Part shown: in pieces, positions 44,618-54,486 of the stretch
Layout of the letters: every line of letters starts with the position of its first letter
Numbering within the stretch: position 1 is the stretch's first letter
Assembly: GCA_039968605.1 (NCBI GenBank)
Contig: JBDVPM010000008.1
Span: 1,476,968 to 1,540,967 of the forward strand
Reading direction: 5' to 3'
Source of the DNA: Alteripontixanthobacter sp.
Lineage (GTDB): Bacteria > Pseudomonadota > Alphaproteobacteria > Sphingomonadales > Sphingomonadaceae
Length of the DNA: 64,000 nt
Translations under genes and position numbers: made by a program
The notes under the pieces: model-generated
Databases searched by the model: none
Told to the model about the DNA's origin: nothing
Seen by the model: the letters and a program-made list of their open reading frames with translations, nothing else

Positions 44618-45217
44618 TCAGCGGTGAGCAGCGGTGCCCGTCTGCGGCAATATCAGCAGCGCCGCGGCCACGAATGCCGCTGCAGCAGTGCCTGCACCGC
44701 CCGCCAACATTGCCAGATCGCGCCCCAGCATCATCGCCGCAAGGTTCGTGAGCAAGGCGGCCAGACCAGCAAGTGCGGTCAGCGCCCCGAAAGTTTTGAG
44801 TACCGCCCCTGGCTTGCCGAGCAGCGCCAGCCCGAACACCAGTCCGGCAATGCCCATTGCCGCCTTGCCGGTGAAAAAGAAGAAAAACGCCCCTGCCAAG
44901 ATGGCTTCCATCGCGGGGGCCAGCGCATCGCCCGCCTCGCCCAATGGGCCGAACATCGTCAGCCCAATGCCGGCCTGCACCAGATTGAATACGCCGAATA
45001 GCGCAAGCGCCGCCCATCCCGGCGCATGCGGCCCACCGCGGAGCGCCGGAACCAGCGCGACCAGGCCGATTGCCAGAAATACAACCGCCTCCGTTCCCCA
45101 GATCATCGGCGCGGTCACAACCGGGCCCTTGATAGTGAGATAGGCGATTTGCGTGACCACCGAAACGATGATTGCCCCGGCCACGATCATGGCTGAATTT
45201 CTGGCGGTAATATCCAT
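44618..45217 (-). CDS. polytopic membrane protein, unknown function
   Basis: 199 aa, ~6 hydrophobic segments. AGGGGAA SD upstream of the ATG at 45217. Confidence 0.6.
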   Translation of the reverse strand: MDITARNSAMIVAGAIIVSVVTQIAYLTIKGPVVTAPMIWGTEAVVFLAIGLVALVPALRGGPHAPGWAALALFGVFNLVQAGIGLTMFGPLGEAGDALAPAMEAILAGAFFFFFTGKAAMGIAGLVFGLALLGKPGAVLKTFGALTALAGLAALLTNLAAMMLGRDLAMLAGGAGTAAAAFVAAALLILPQTGTAAHR

Positions 45218-45309
45218 GCGAATTCCCCTGAATGATGCGGCGCTATGCCGTTCATCGGTCATTCGCAAGGGCAAGCGGGACGGTTACAGTCCTCCGCCCG
45301 GTATTTCGG

Positions 45310-45861
45310 TCAATCGGTGAAAGTCAGCGTTACCGTACTGGTTCCACTCTGCCGCGAAACGGCATCGGTAATGGTCAGCGATGCGGTGTAATCACCAGCT
45401 GGATCGTCATCGCCGATAAATGCGCCGATATTCGCACCGGACAGCGCCAACTGACCCTTGGGCGGGGCCTTGCCCTGCCACGCGGTGAAGATGATCGGGT
45501 CGCCATCGGGCGAGCCATCGGGGCGGCGCAACTGGAATGTGCCCTGCAACATGCAGATACCACGCCGGTCGCGCTGGCAGCCATCGATCGCGATATACAT
45601 TTTCAGCATCTCGCCCCGCCGCGCGCGGTGCGAAGTCACGCCGTCGGGTAACTCGCCGCTCGACCAATGGCTGGAAAACGTATCCGGATCATCGGTCCAT
45701 AGTTGCACGAAGCGCGCTTCGCCCAGCCGAGCTTCCCCGGCCACCGCGGCGGCCATGCCATAGCTGGCTTCCAACTGCTGAACCGGCTTTGCGGCAAGCG
45801 GCATTGTGGCGGTTAAGCCAGCGGCACCCAATGCGGCGAACAGGATGGACTGCATTTTCAT
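45310..45861 (-). CDS. exported hypothetical protein (beta-rich)
   Basis: Signal peptide MKMQSILFAALGAAGLTATMPLAA. GGAGG SD upstream of the ATG at 45861. No recognised family. Confidence 0.6.
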   Translation of the reverse strand: MKMQSILFAALGAAGLTATMPLAAKPVQQLEASYGMAAAVAGEARLGEARFVQLWTDDPDTFSSHWSSGELPDGVTSHRARRGEMLKMYIAIDGCQRDRRGICMLQGTFQLRRPDGSPDGDPIIFTAWQGKAPPKGQLALSGANIGAFIGDDDPAGDYTASLTITDAVSRQSGTSTVTLTFTD

Positions 45862-45931
45862 GACCTCCGAACTAACGAAGGACAACTAACGTTCCCCCAC
45901 CCAGAATGGTTAACGAGGCGCGCGCTGGCAT

Positions 45932-47809
45932 TCAGCCGCCGCCCGCGGCAATCCAGTCATCGATCTTCTTTTCCAGCACCGGCAGTGGCAACGCGCCAGT
46001 GCCCAGCACCTGCGCATGGAAGTCCTTGATATCGAACGCGTCACCCAATGCGGCCGATGCCTTGGCGCGCAGTTCCTGGATCTTCAGCGCGCCAACCTTA
46101 TAGGCCAGCGCCTGCGTCGGGATGGCGATATACCGCTCCACCTCGGCAGTCGCATCGGTGCGGCCCATGCCCGAATTGTTCAGCATGAATTCGATTGCGC
46201 GGTCCCGGCTCCAGCCTTTCGAATGCAGCCCGGTATCGACCACCAGCCGCATCGCGCGCAGCATCTCGTCATCCAGCGTGCCCTGCCGCGAATAGGGATT
46301 GGTCTCGATATCGAACAGGCCCATTTCGTAGCCCAGAGTCTCGGAATATAGCGCCCAGCCCTCGACATAGGCGGTGTTGCCACCAAAGCGCATGAAGGCG
46401 GGCAAAGCCTCGTTTTCCTGCGCCAGGCTGATCTGGAAGTGATGCCCCGGTGCGCCTTCATGAAGGTAGAGCGTCACTTCGCCCGGCGTCGTGCGACTGG
46501 GCAGATCGTAGGCGTTGAAATAGAAAATGCCGGGCCGCGAGCCATCGGGCGCGCCCGAACTATAGGATCCGCCAGCCTGGAATTTCTCGCGAAACGGCTC
46601 GTAAGGCCGTATTTCCAGGGGCGTTTCCGGCACCAGGCTGAAATATTCCGGCACCAGCGCATCAACCTTGCGGCCGATTTCGTAATAGCGCTCGGTCAGT
46701 TCCTCGCGCGTATCGCGCTTGAACCTCGGATCGGTCCGGATGTGGTCGAAAAACGCGTTGAGGGTGCCATCGAAGCCCACGTGATCCTTGATCTTTTCCA
46801 TCTCGCCGCGAATGCGCGCGACTTCGGACAGGCCCAAATTATGGAGGTAATCCGCCGTCAGTGGCAGCGTCGTCGTATCCTCTATCATCTTGGCGTAGAG
46901 CCGGTCACCTCCCCGCATTTCGGTGAGGCCTGTGGTGGTGCGCGCGGCGGGCAGATATTCATCGCGCAGAAAATCGCGCAGCATCGTGTTGGCCCCGTAA
47001 ACCTCGCCGATGGAGGTACGATAGGCAGCCGTCAGCCGCGTCTTTTCCGCATCGGAGAATTCCTTGGGCATATTCGCCACCGGCCCCCAATAGGGCGATT
47101 CCTCGATCGGCATGGCGAGCTGCGTATCGAGCTGTTCGATAACGTTGCGGATAGTCAGCGCGGTTTCCAGCACGCCGGTGTTCATCCCTTCGCGAAACTT
47201 GGCAATGGCGCGCGGAGCAATCGCGACATAGTCGGCATTGCGCGACAGCGCGTTTTCGTAATCTGCCACCGTCTTGAACGGTGCCGCGCTCTGCCCGCTT
47301 TGCAGGGTCGGGAAGAAGGTGTGGAAGCCGGTAAAATGGTTGATCGGGCGTACTTCGGTCAGCGCCAGAATGCCGGGCTCGTAACCGGCCAGGGTCTGCT
47401 GCTGGTTATATTCGAAAACGTCATAGGCGATCTTGTCGGTCGCGTTCAGCGCAGACCGGTCGATTGCATCCAGCCCCGCCAGATTGTCGCGCGCCAGCTG
47501 GATCGAAGCAGCATTATATTCCGGGGTGAGGAAATCCCCCAGCCTGTCCGCATAACGCATGTCACCGCGAAACAGCGCACCCACCGGGTTGAGTTCCAGA
47601 TTGCGTTCGTCCGATGCAGCGAACAACGCGAACAGCCGGTCATGCGCCGCCTCTGCATCGGCCGTGTGGTCGGACATATCCGGTTCGCCAGCCATCGCCA
47701 TGTCGTCCGCAGATGAAACGCGTGCCAGTTCGGCATCGTCCGCCATAGTCTGGCAGGCGCCAAGCGAGAGCGCAGCGGTGGTAAGCAGTGCGGCGCGAAA
47801 AATTGTCAT
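45932..47809 (-). CDS. DUF885 family lipoprotein (metallopeptidase-like)
   Basis: Lipobox LSLGAC. HEGAPGHH motif, characteristic of DUF885. Confidence 0.8.
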   Translation of the reverse strand: MTIFRAALLTTAALSLGACQTMADDAELARVSSADDMAMAGEPDMSDHTADAEAAHDRLFALFAASDERNLELNPVGALFRGDMRYADRLGDFLTPEYNAASIQLARDNLAGLDAIDRSALNATDKIAYDVFEYNQQQTLAGYEPGILALTEVRPINHFTGFHTFFPTLQSGQSAAPFKTVADYENALSRNADYVAIAPRAIAKFREGMNTGVLETALTIRNVIEQLDTQLAMPIEESPYWGPVANMPKEFSDAEKTRLTAAYRTSIGEVYGANTMLRDFLRDEYLPAARTTTGLTEMRGGDRLYAKMIEDTTTLPLTADYLHNLGLSEVARIRGEMEKIKDHVGFDGTLNAFFDHIRTDPRFKRDTREELTERYYEIGRKVDALVPEYFSLVPETPLEIRPYEPFREKFQAGGSYSSGAPDGSRPGIFYFNAYDLPSRTTPGEVTLYLHEGAPGHHFQISLAQENEALPAFMRFGGNTAYVEGWALYSETLGYEMGLFDIETNPYSRQGTLDDEMLRAMRLVVDTGLHSKGWSRDRAIEFMLNNSGMGRTDATAEVERYIAIPTQALAYKVGALKIQELRAKASAALGDAFDIKDFHAQVLGTGALPLPVLEKKIDDWIAAGGG

Positions 47810-47904
47810 GCGATTTCCCCTGAAACTATTATGCCTGCGCTAGTTAGACTCGCCAAATTGCTCCACCCCGATCGGACGAATGGCTTGTGGCGGTCGACCG
47901 AAGC

Positions 47905-49182
47905 CTATTCGATCACCCGGCCCCGCGCCATGACCCAATCGACCTGCTCCAGCACGGTTACATCCTCCAGCGGATTGCCATCGACCGCGATGATATCGGC
48001 CGCAAAGCCCGGTGCCAGCCGCCCGATCTCGCCTTCCAGCCCGAGCACTTCGGCAGCGACGCCCGTTGCGCTGGCAAGCGCCTCGCGGTCGCTGAAGCCA
48101 GCGGCTTTCAGCAAGGCGAACTCGCCTGCATTGCGACCATGGGGGAACACGCCCGCATCGGTACCGAAAGCGATGCGTACGCCGCTTCGCCGGGCACGCT
48201 GGACGATGGTTTCGGCCACTTCGCTTACTGCGCGGATCTTGTCTTCCACCACCGGCGTGTAAAATCCCGTACCGAGATTTACCTTGATCCCCTGAAACGC
48301 CATCAGCGTGGGGATCAGGATGGTGCCGTTCTCGCGCATCGCCCGCGCGGCGGCCTCGTCGATATAGGTGCCGTGTTCGATCGTCTGGACGCCGGCCCGC
48401 GCCGCCGCCTCTATCCCGCGCGCGCCATGGGCATGGGCGGCGACATCGAGGCCGAGCGAGCGAGCGGTATCGACGATGGAGCGCATTTCGGCGTCGGAAA
48501 AATGTGCCTCCAGCCCGCGCCCCTGCTGGCTCAGCACCCCGCCGGTGGCGGTGATCTTTATCAGGTCGGCCCCGTATTTGGAGGCAAGCCGCACTTTCTC
48601 CGCACATTCCAGCGGGCCGGTGCAGGTAAAGTCCGAAGCAATGGCATCGTTGACTTCCTTGCGGAAGCCATTGGTATCGCCGTGCCCGCCGACTATGGCG
48701 ATAGTCCGCGCAGAAGTTATCACGCGCGGCCCCGGCACGATCCCTTCGGCCGTGGCGCGGCGAAGCGCCTGCATCACCTGATCGGTCCGCGATCCCACAT
48801 CGCGCACGGTGGTGAACCCCGCCAGCGCAGTGATCCGCGCATTCTTGGCCGCGATCAGCGTGTACCATTCGGGCGGATTGACCGCGCCCCGCCAGAACTC
48901 GCCGCTGGGATCGCCCGACAAATGCGTGTGCAGATCGATTAGTCCGGGCAGGACTGTCTTGCCGTCAAGGTCCACATCGGCTCTGCCCTGGTGCCCGTCC
49001 ACGATACTGACGATACGCCCGTCCGTTACCGTGATCGTGGAAGGACCGCGCGGTGCGGCGCTGGCATCGGTGATGACCGAACCGGCATGGATGACGGTGG
49101 TTTTCTGCCCATCTTGCGCCAGTACCGGCGCTGCCAGCGCAAACGCCATCGCCGCGCCAATTGCCAAGATAGATTTCGTCAT
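47905..49182 (-). CDS. amidohydrolase family protein (secreted metal-dependent hydrolase)
   Basis: Signal peptide. VLPGLIDLHTHL metal-binding motif, then ...AAHAHG... and FGTDAGV. The start is 49182 or 49212. Confidence 0.85.
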   Translation of the reverse strand: MTKSILAIGAAMAFALAAPVLAQDGQKTTVIHAGSVITDASAAPRGPSTITVTDGRIVSIVDGHQGRADVDLDGKTVLPGLIDLHTHLSGDPSGEFWRGAVNPPEWYTLIAAKNARITALAGFTTVRDVGSRTDQVMQALRRATAEGIVPGPRVITSARTIAIVGGHGDTNGFRKEVNDAIASDFTCTGPLECAEKVRLASKYGADLIKITATGGVLSQQGRGLEAHFSDAEMRSIVDTARSLGLDVAAHAHGARGIEAAARAGVQTIEHGTYIDEAAARAMRENGTILIPTLMAFQGIKVNLGTGFYTPVVEDKIRAVSEVAETIVQRARRSGVRIAFGTDAGVFPHGRNAGEFALLKAAGFSDREALASATGVAAEVLGLEGEIGRLAPGFAADIIAVDGNPLEDVTVLEQVDWVMARGRVIE

Positions 49183-49198
49183 CCTATACCCCTTATCC

Positions 49199-50038
49199 AT
49201 GATATTGCGCATTCATGCCGCGCGCCGGGGCATCGGGCAAGCTTGCCTGGCGTTTTGCGCACTCTTAGCCTCGCCCGTCGCAGCGCAGGTGGATACGATT
49301 GCAGATGCAACCGCGCCCGAACCGCTGTCCGCCCCGCCGATCGTGGTGATCGGCGATGGCGATCCGGATGAGGCTGGGCGCGGCATGGTCACTGCGGGTT
49401 CCCGTCTGCCTCAGCAACCGATCTTTGCAGACGGCGTGGTCGCCACCAATACCGGCACGCCGGGCCTCGTTCCGCAAAGCGGGATGGATCCGGCGGGCGG
49501 CTACGTGCGGCTGCGCAAACGCACGGTTTGTACGGCGGAAGACCCGGCCATCGGCAAGGAAGTCGCCTGCATCCTGATTGCTGCCGCAGAAGCACGAGAG
49601 CGCGGCGATAGCGAGACTTTGCGCGGACTGTTGCTGCCCGTGGCTCTGGAACCGGTGCGCGCCGATGCCGAGCGCCGCGCCGCAGCATTGCTGTTGTGGC
49701 AGGATGCCAATGCAGCCGACGATCCGCGCCGCGTCGAAGAGGCGCTGGAGACGCTGATCGCCAGCACCACACTGACCGCCCGCAAGGAAACCCAGGCTTG
49801 GCAATCGCTGGCCCGCCTGTCTGCAGATTTCGGCAACAGTTCGGAAGAGCGTGAGCGATTGGAGCGAGCGGCGGAATATCCGGAAGCTTCGCCGCATGCG
49901 CTCGCCCGGCTGGCCATCATGCAGCGGCAGGACGGCGATGAACGCGCCCCGGCCACAATGGCCCGCGCAGTTGCAGCGATGAAGCAGAGCGGGCGCGACG
50001 TTCCGCCGGGCTGGCGCGAATTTGCTGCTACGGATTAG
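49199..50038 (+). CDS. exported hypothetical protein with helical-repeat C-terminal half
   Basis: C-terminal 279 aa of the 48809..50038 ORF. N-terminus is a signal peptide (MILRIHAARRGIGQACLAFCALLASPVAAQ). The upstream part of the ORF is antisense to the amidohydrolase gene. Confidence 0.5.
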   Translation: MILRIHAARRGIGQACLAFCALLASPVAAQVDTIADATAPEPLSAPPIVVIGDGDPDEAGRGMVTAGSRLPQQPIFADGVVATNTGTPGLVPQSGMDPAGGYVRLRKRTVCTAEDPAIGKEVACILIAAAEARERGDSETLRGLLLPVALEPVRADAERRAAALLLWQDANAADDPRRVEEALETLIASTTLTARKETQAWQSLARLSADFGNSSEERERLERAAEYPEASPHALARLAIMQRQDGDERAPATMARAVAAMKQSGRDVPPGWREFAATD

Positions 50039-50112
50039 GCGCTTTTGCCTTCCGCGCTCAAGCGGTTATAGCATGCGACCATTAACCAGTTTGCAAAGGA
50101 TCGCATGACCTT

Positions 50113-52185
50113 ATGAAAAGCCTCCCCAAGACCAGCATACGGACCGCCGCCGTGGCGGCCAGCCTGCTTGCCACCACCGCGCTCGCCGCGACGGCCAATG
50201 CCCGGCCGATGACGGCGGAAGATGTCGCCAAGCTCGAAAGCGTCGGCCAGATCACGATCAGCCCCGATGGCAGCCGCGTCGCCTTTACTACCGCAAGCCT
50301 GCCCGACGTGACCGAAGGCGAGGAAAACGGTTCGACCACGCAGCAGCTGCGCGTGTCCTATGGCCCGCAAAATGCCCGCGATTTCCTGCCCGACGATATG
50401 AGTGTGGGCGGATTGGATTTCTCCCCCAACGGCCGGATGATTTCGTTCCTCTGGAAGAAAGACGATGAGGACCGAGCGGTGTGGGGCATCCCCGTCGATG
50501 GGGGTGCGCAGCGCAAGCTGGCCGAGGTCGCCGATTCCGACATTCGCTCCTACGTCTGGGCACCCGATGGCTCGCACATGCACCTGCTGGTCGGCGCGGA
50601 GGAAGATACCGAGCGCAAGGATGAGAGCGATGCCGGGTTCAACGCGATTGTCTATGAGGAAGAAGCGCGGCTGAACCGCCTGTTCCGCGCCAATATCGGC
50701 GCCGAACTGGATGCGGAGCCTCAGCAGCTTTCGCTGTCCGGATATGTCAGCGCGTTCGAAATCGCGCCCGATGCGCGCACAGCCATCGTGCAAACCGCGC
50801 CGACCCCGAATGTCGATGACAGCTACACCGCCAAGCGGATCAATATCGTCGATCTTCCGTCCGGCACGGTCCGCGCGATTGTCGAGACACCGGGCAAGTT
50901 GGGCGATGTCGAAATTTCCCCCGACGGTTCGCAGCTGGCGTTTATTGCCGGGATCGATATCAACGATCCGGCAGCCACCACGATCCATTTCGCCGATGTT
51001 TCGACCGGCGAGTTCACCGTGCATAATGCCAATGCGCCCGAAGCGGTAATCGACACGGAATACCTGTCCAACGGACAGCTTGTCGCGGTAGTCCATGTCG
51101 GCGCGCAGAGCCTGCTGCGCATTCATGACGGCCAGGGCAATCTGGTCCGCGAGATCGACCCCGGCGCGCTGATCCTGCGCGATGTGGAAATCGGCGGCGA
51201 CCGTATTTTCGTAACCGCAGACAGTCCGCAGCACCCGTCCGAGCTATATGCGCTGGACGGCAATGATTTCGTGCGCTGGACCATGCACAATCCGTGGATC
51301 GCCGATATCGACATGGGCGCTCAGCGTACCTTCACTTACACGGCGCGCGACGGGCAGGAAGTCGAAGGCGTGCTGGTGGAACCGGTTGGCGGCATCCCCG
51401 CAGGTGGCGCGCCCTTGATCCTGGACGTGCATGGCGGGCCGGAAGCGCATGATTCCAACGGCTTCACGACCAATTATTCCGGCCCCGGCCAAGTCGCGGC
51501 GGGCATGGGCTATGCCGTGTTCCAGCCCAATTATCGCGGCTCCACCGCTTACGGCACGCCGTTTTCCAAACAGCATCAGGACGATTATGCGGGCAAGGAG
51601 TTCAACGACCTGGTCGATGCCAAGCGCGCCCTGGTCGCCGAGGGTATCGCCGATCCGGAGCGGACCGGTATCACCGGCGGATCCTATGGCGGTTATGCCA
51701 CCGCATGGTCCTCCACCGCTTTGTCGGAGGAATTTGCCGCCGGGGTGATGTTCGTCGGCATCTCCAACCAGATCAGCAAATTCGGCACCACCGACATTCC
51801 CAAGGAAATGTTCAACGTCCACAGCCGCAAATGGCCTTGGGAAGACTGGCAGGGAATGCTCGAAGTCAGCCCGATCTACCACGTGGAAAAGGCCGAAACG
51901 CCGCTGCTGATCATGCACGGTGCAGAGGACACCCGCGTAGCGCCCAGCCAGTCTTACGAGCTGTATCGCAACATCAAGGTGCGCAAGCCCGAGACGCCGG
52001 TTCGCCTGGTGCTGTATCCCGGCGAAGGCCATGGCAACCAGAAGGCTGCCGCGCGTTACGATTACAATCTGCGCATGATGCGCTGGTTCGACACCTATCT
52101 GAAAACCGGCGACCGCGATGCGCCCATGCCGGGGCCACGTCCGGAACTGATGCTGGGTGACGAGGACGATAGCGGCGAGGATTGA
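50113..52185 (+). CDS. S9 family serine peptidase (dipeptidyl aminopeptidase/acylaminoacyl peptidase-like), secreted
   Basis: Signal peptide, beta-propeller N-terminal half, GGSYGGY nucleophile elbow, and a C-terminal D..V...H triad region. Confidence 0.9.
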   Translation: MKSLPKTSIRTAAVAASLLATTALAATANARPMTAEDVAKLESVGQITISPDGSRVAFTTASLPDVTEGEENGSTTQQLRVSYGPQNARDFLPDDMSVGGLDFSPNGRMISFLWKKDDEDRAVWGIPVDGGAQRKLAEVADSDIRSYVWAPDGSHMHLLVGAEEDTERKDESDAGFNAIVYEEEARLNRLFRANIGAELDAEPQQLSLSGYVSAFEIAPDARTAIVQTAPTPNVDDSYTAKRINIVDLPSGTVRAIVETPGKLGDVEISPDGSQLAFIAGIDINDPAATTIHFADVSTGEFTVHNANAPEAVIDTEYLSNGQLVAVVHVGAQSLLRIHDGQGNLVREIDPGALILRDVEIGGDRIFVTADSPQHPSELYALDGNDFVRWTMHNPWIADIDMGAQRTFTYTARDGQEVEGVLVEPVGGIPAGGAPLILDVHGGPEAHDSNGFTTNYSGPGQVAAGMGYAVFQPNYRGSTAYGTPFSKQHQDDYAGKEFNDLVDAKRALVAEGIADPERTGITGGSYGGYATAWSSTALSEEFAAGVMFVGISNQISKFGTTDIPKEMFNVHSRKWPWEDWQGMLEVSPIYHVEKAETPLLIMHGAEDTRVAPSQSYELYRNIKVRKPETPVRLVLYPGEGHGNQKAAARYDYNLRMMRWFDTYLKTGDRDAPMPGPRPELMLGDEDDSGED

Positions 52186-52213
52186 GCCGCAGCCGGGCGG
52201 CGTTCGCCGGTGC

Positions 52214-53194
52214 CTAGCGCCGGTCGAACGCCGCCTGCACTTCGCCCAGATCGCGGACATCGTTGGCCAGCAGCAATTGCAGCAGGATGCGCGCCTTGGC
52301 CGGGCCGAGCGCGCGCGCTGCAATGAACCCGTGCCTGGCATCCTCCGGCTCGCGATCAACCAGCCCTTCATCCACCCGCGACGATCGGACCACCAGCACA
52401 CCGCGCGCGGCAGCCTCGGCCATCTCCTCGCGAATGATGCCCGGCGCGTTGCCCTGGCCGAATCCGGCCAGCACCAGCCCTTGCGCGCCGCCCGACAAGG
52501 CACGCGCTACCGTGTCGCGGCCCATTCCGGCAAAAGCGTGCAAAATGGCAACTTCCGGCATGGATTCGTGAAACGCCAGGCGCGCTTCCTCCCCCAAGCG
52601 CCATGCCGGGCCGAACCATTCGAGCGAGCCGGGCGTGACATGGCCGATCGCCCCGCGCGGATAGCCGCGAAAGGCCTGTACCCCTTCGGTCCGCGCCTTG
52701 CGGGCATCGCGCGCGGCATGGATCTCGTCGCTCATCACCAGCACCGTGCCGCGCCCGGCGGCCTCGGGGTCGCTGGCGACGCGCACGCCATTGGCGAAAT
52801 TGCGTAGCCCATCGCTGCCCACCGCATCGGCCGCGCGCATCGCGCCGACCACCACCACCGGTTTGTGCGTGGGCAGAGTCTGATCGAGCAGGAAGGCGGT
52901 TTCCTCCGCCGTATCGGTGCCGTGGGTGACGATGATACCCTGGCAGCTATCATCCGCCATCGCTTCCATCGCCGCGCGGTGAAGCGCGGCCCAGATGGCG
53001 GGCGTCATATCCTCGCTGCCTATATTGGCGAATTGCCTGCCGGTCAGGCGTGCAGGCAGGTCGAGCTTGGCGATATCGCCCAGGAATTGGTCGATGCCGA
53101 TCTGGCCCGGGCGGTAATCGCGCCGAATCGCGCTGCCCGCGACGCCGGCAATCGTGCCGCCCGTGGCGAAGATCTGGATCATACGCTCGGTCAT
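52214..53194 (-). CDS. L-asparaginase (type II-like)
   Basis: IFATGGTIAG and HGTDT motifs. The start is 53194 (or 53182/53230). Confidence 0.88.
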   Translation of the reverse strand: MTERMIQIFATGGTIAGVAGSAIRRDYRPGQIGIDQFLGDIAKLDLPARLTGRQFANIGSEDMTPAIWAALHRAAMEAMADDSCQGIIVTHGTDTAEETAFLLDQTLPTHKPVVVVGAMRAADAVGSDGLRNFANGVRVASDPEAAGRGTVLVMSDEIHAARDARKARTEGVQAFRGYPRGAIGHVTPGSLEWFGPAWRLGEEARLAFHESMPEVAILHAFAGMGRDTVARALSGGAQGLVLAGFGQGNAPGIIREEMAEAAARGVLVVRSSRVDEGLVDREPEDARHGFIAARALGPAKARILLQLLLANDVRDLGEVQAAFDRR

Positions 53195-53273
53195 GTCAGC
53201 GCCTTTCGCACCGCGCAGCGCGGTTCGCAATTGATTTGCAGAATTTCGGCGCTAGAAGCGCGTGACCCGTGTG

Positions 53274-53349
53274 GGGCGCTTAGCTCAGTTGGTAGAGCAT
53301 CTCGTTTACACCGAGAGGGTCGGCGGTTCGAGCCCGTCAGCGCCCACCA
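53274..53349 (+). tRNA. tRNA-Val (anticodon TAC)
   Basis: Hand-folded cloverleaf: acceptor GGGCGCT/AGCGCCC, D-arm GCTC-AGTTGGTA-GAGC, anticodon arm TCTCG-TTTACAC-CGAGA, T-arm GGCGG-TTCGAGC-CCGTC, and an encoded CCA. Confidence 0.9.
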
Positions 53350-53432
53350 GTTTCGACCGGAGACAATAATCCCGGGGGATCGTTTTCCCCCGAAACTCCC
53401 AAGCGTGATCGAAGGGCTATCATGGCCGCGCC

Positions 53433-53861
53433 TTAATTGGCTTTCCGCAGGATCGATGGCCGCCGATTGTCGCACGGTGATCCGCTGCCATCCAGCGCAC
53501 GGCGCGTGATTCGCCGCGCAATATCCTCATGAACATCCTCCAGCGCCTCGCATCTGTCGTCGGCCTCGACAATATCCGCGATATCCTCGATCGCCTCTTC
53601 ACCCTTCTCAATCTCGCGAGCGGCGACGTGCTGGCCCTTGCGGTCCATTTCGGCCTCGACCAGTTCCAGCATCCGCTGCACCAGCCGCAATTCATCGGCG
53701 AGACGGCGGCTCATCGTGTCGTCTGTCTTGTCACCCCTGCGCGGTCCCTTGGCCGAGAATGCTTCGCGCAAACTCGCCAATTGTTCGTGGGCTAAGTCCT
53801 TGAGTTCATCCTCAGTGAGTTCGCGCCCGCCCGAGATCGCTTTTCCGTGTTTCAGTTCCAT
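53433..53861 (-). CDS. hypothetical acidic coiled-coil-like protein
   Basis: 142-aa ORF, Glu/Asp/Arg-rich. No recognised motifs. Confidence 0.45.
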   Translation of the reverse strand: MELKHGKAISGGRELTEDELKDLAHEQLASLREAFSAKGPRRGDKTDDTMSRRLADELRLVQRMLELVEAEMDRKGQHVAAREIEKGEEAIEDIADIVEADDRCEALEDVHEDIARRITRRALDGSGSPCDNRRPSILRKAN

Positions 53862-53907
53862 GGCGCAGCCTTAACCGGCGAATGGTAAACCGAGCGTTAG
53901 CGATGGA

Positions 53908-54486
53908 TTACGGCGCCTCCAGCCCTTCATCCACCAGTCCGCGGGCCGCAGCGTCCGACCAGTCGTAATCGCCGACCACGCGCCAAACCTCGCGCCCGCT
54001 CGCATCGTACAGGATCGTCGTGGGCAGGACATTGGCCTCGGACCCTTCCATCACCCGGCCTTCTGGGTCGAGCCAGGGTTCCAGCGCCGCGAAATCGCGC
54101 TCGGCAAAAAAGGGCGTGACCGCTTCGCCGCCCTTGAAATCCTGACTGATGGCGAGCACCCGCAGCCTACCGTCATAATCCACGGCGAGTTCGTCCAGCA
54201 GCGGCATTTCCGCGATGCAGGGGGCGCACCAGGTAGCCCACAAATTGATCAGCACCGGCTCGCCCTGCACTGCACCGAGGTTAAGCTGCGCCCCGTCCGG
54301 GTCGCTCAGCATGATTGCAGGCATCAGCTCGCCCGCCCGGCTGCGATCCACTTCGCCGACAAACTCTGCCTTCGCACCCGCCAACTCGCCCTGTTCTTGC
54401 GCCGCATCGGGCTGCCCCCTATCGCAGGCCGCAAGGCAAAGGGCAGCGAATATAGTGAGCGACAAGCGGAACGATAATGACGGCAT
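53908..54486 (-). CDS. TlpA-family thiol:disulfide oxidoreductase lipoprotein
   Basis: Lipobox CLAAC and a thioredoxin WCAPC motif. Trimmed from the 53908..54828 ORF to the ATG at 54486. Confidence 0.85.
   Translation of the reverse strand: MPSLSFRLSLTIFAALCLAACDRGQPDAAQEQGELAGAKAEFVGEVDRSRAGELMPAIMLSDPDGAQLNLGAVQGEPVLINLWATWCAPCIAEMPLLDELAVDYDGRLRVLAISQDFKGGEAVTPFFAERDFAALEPWLDPEGRVMEGSEANVLPTTILYDASGREVWRVVGDYDWSDAAARGLVDEGLEAP

Noticed and set aside
53274-53349. tRNA-Val as the attachment site of a genomic island covering the 40-53 kb accessory genes
   Set aside because: I noticed no integrase, excisionase, phage or conjugation genes and no duplicated tRNA 3' segment in the window. The adjacent genes are ordinary metabolic enzymes.
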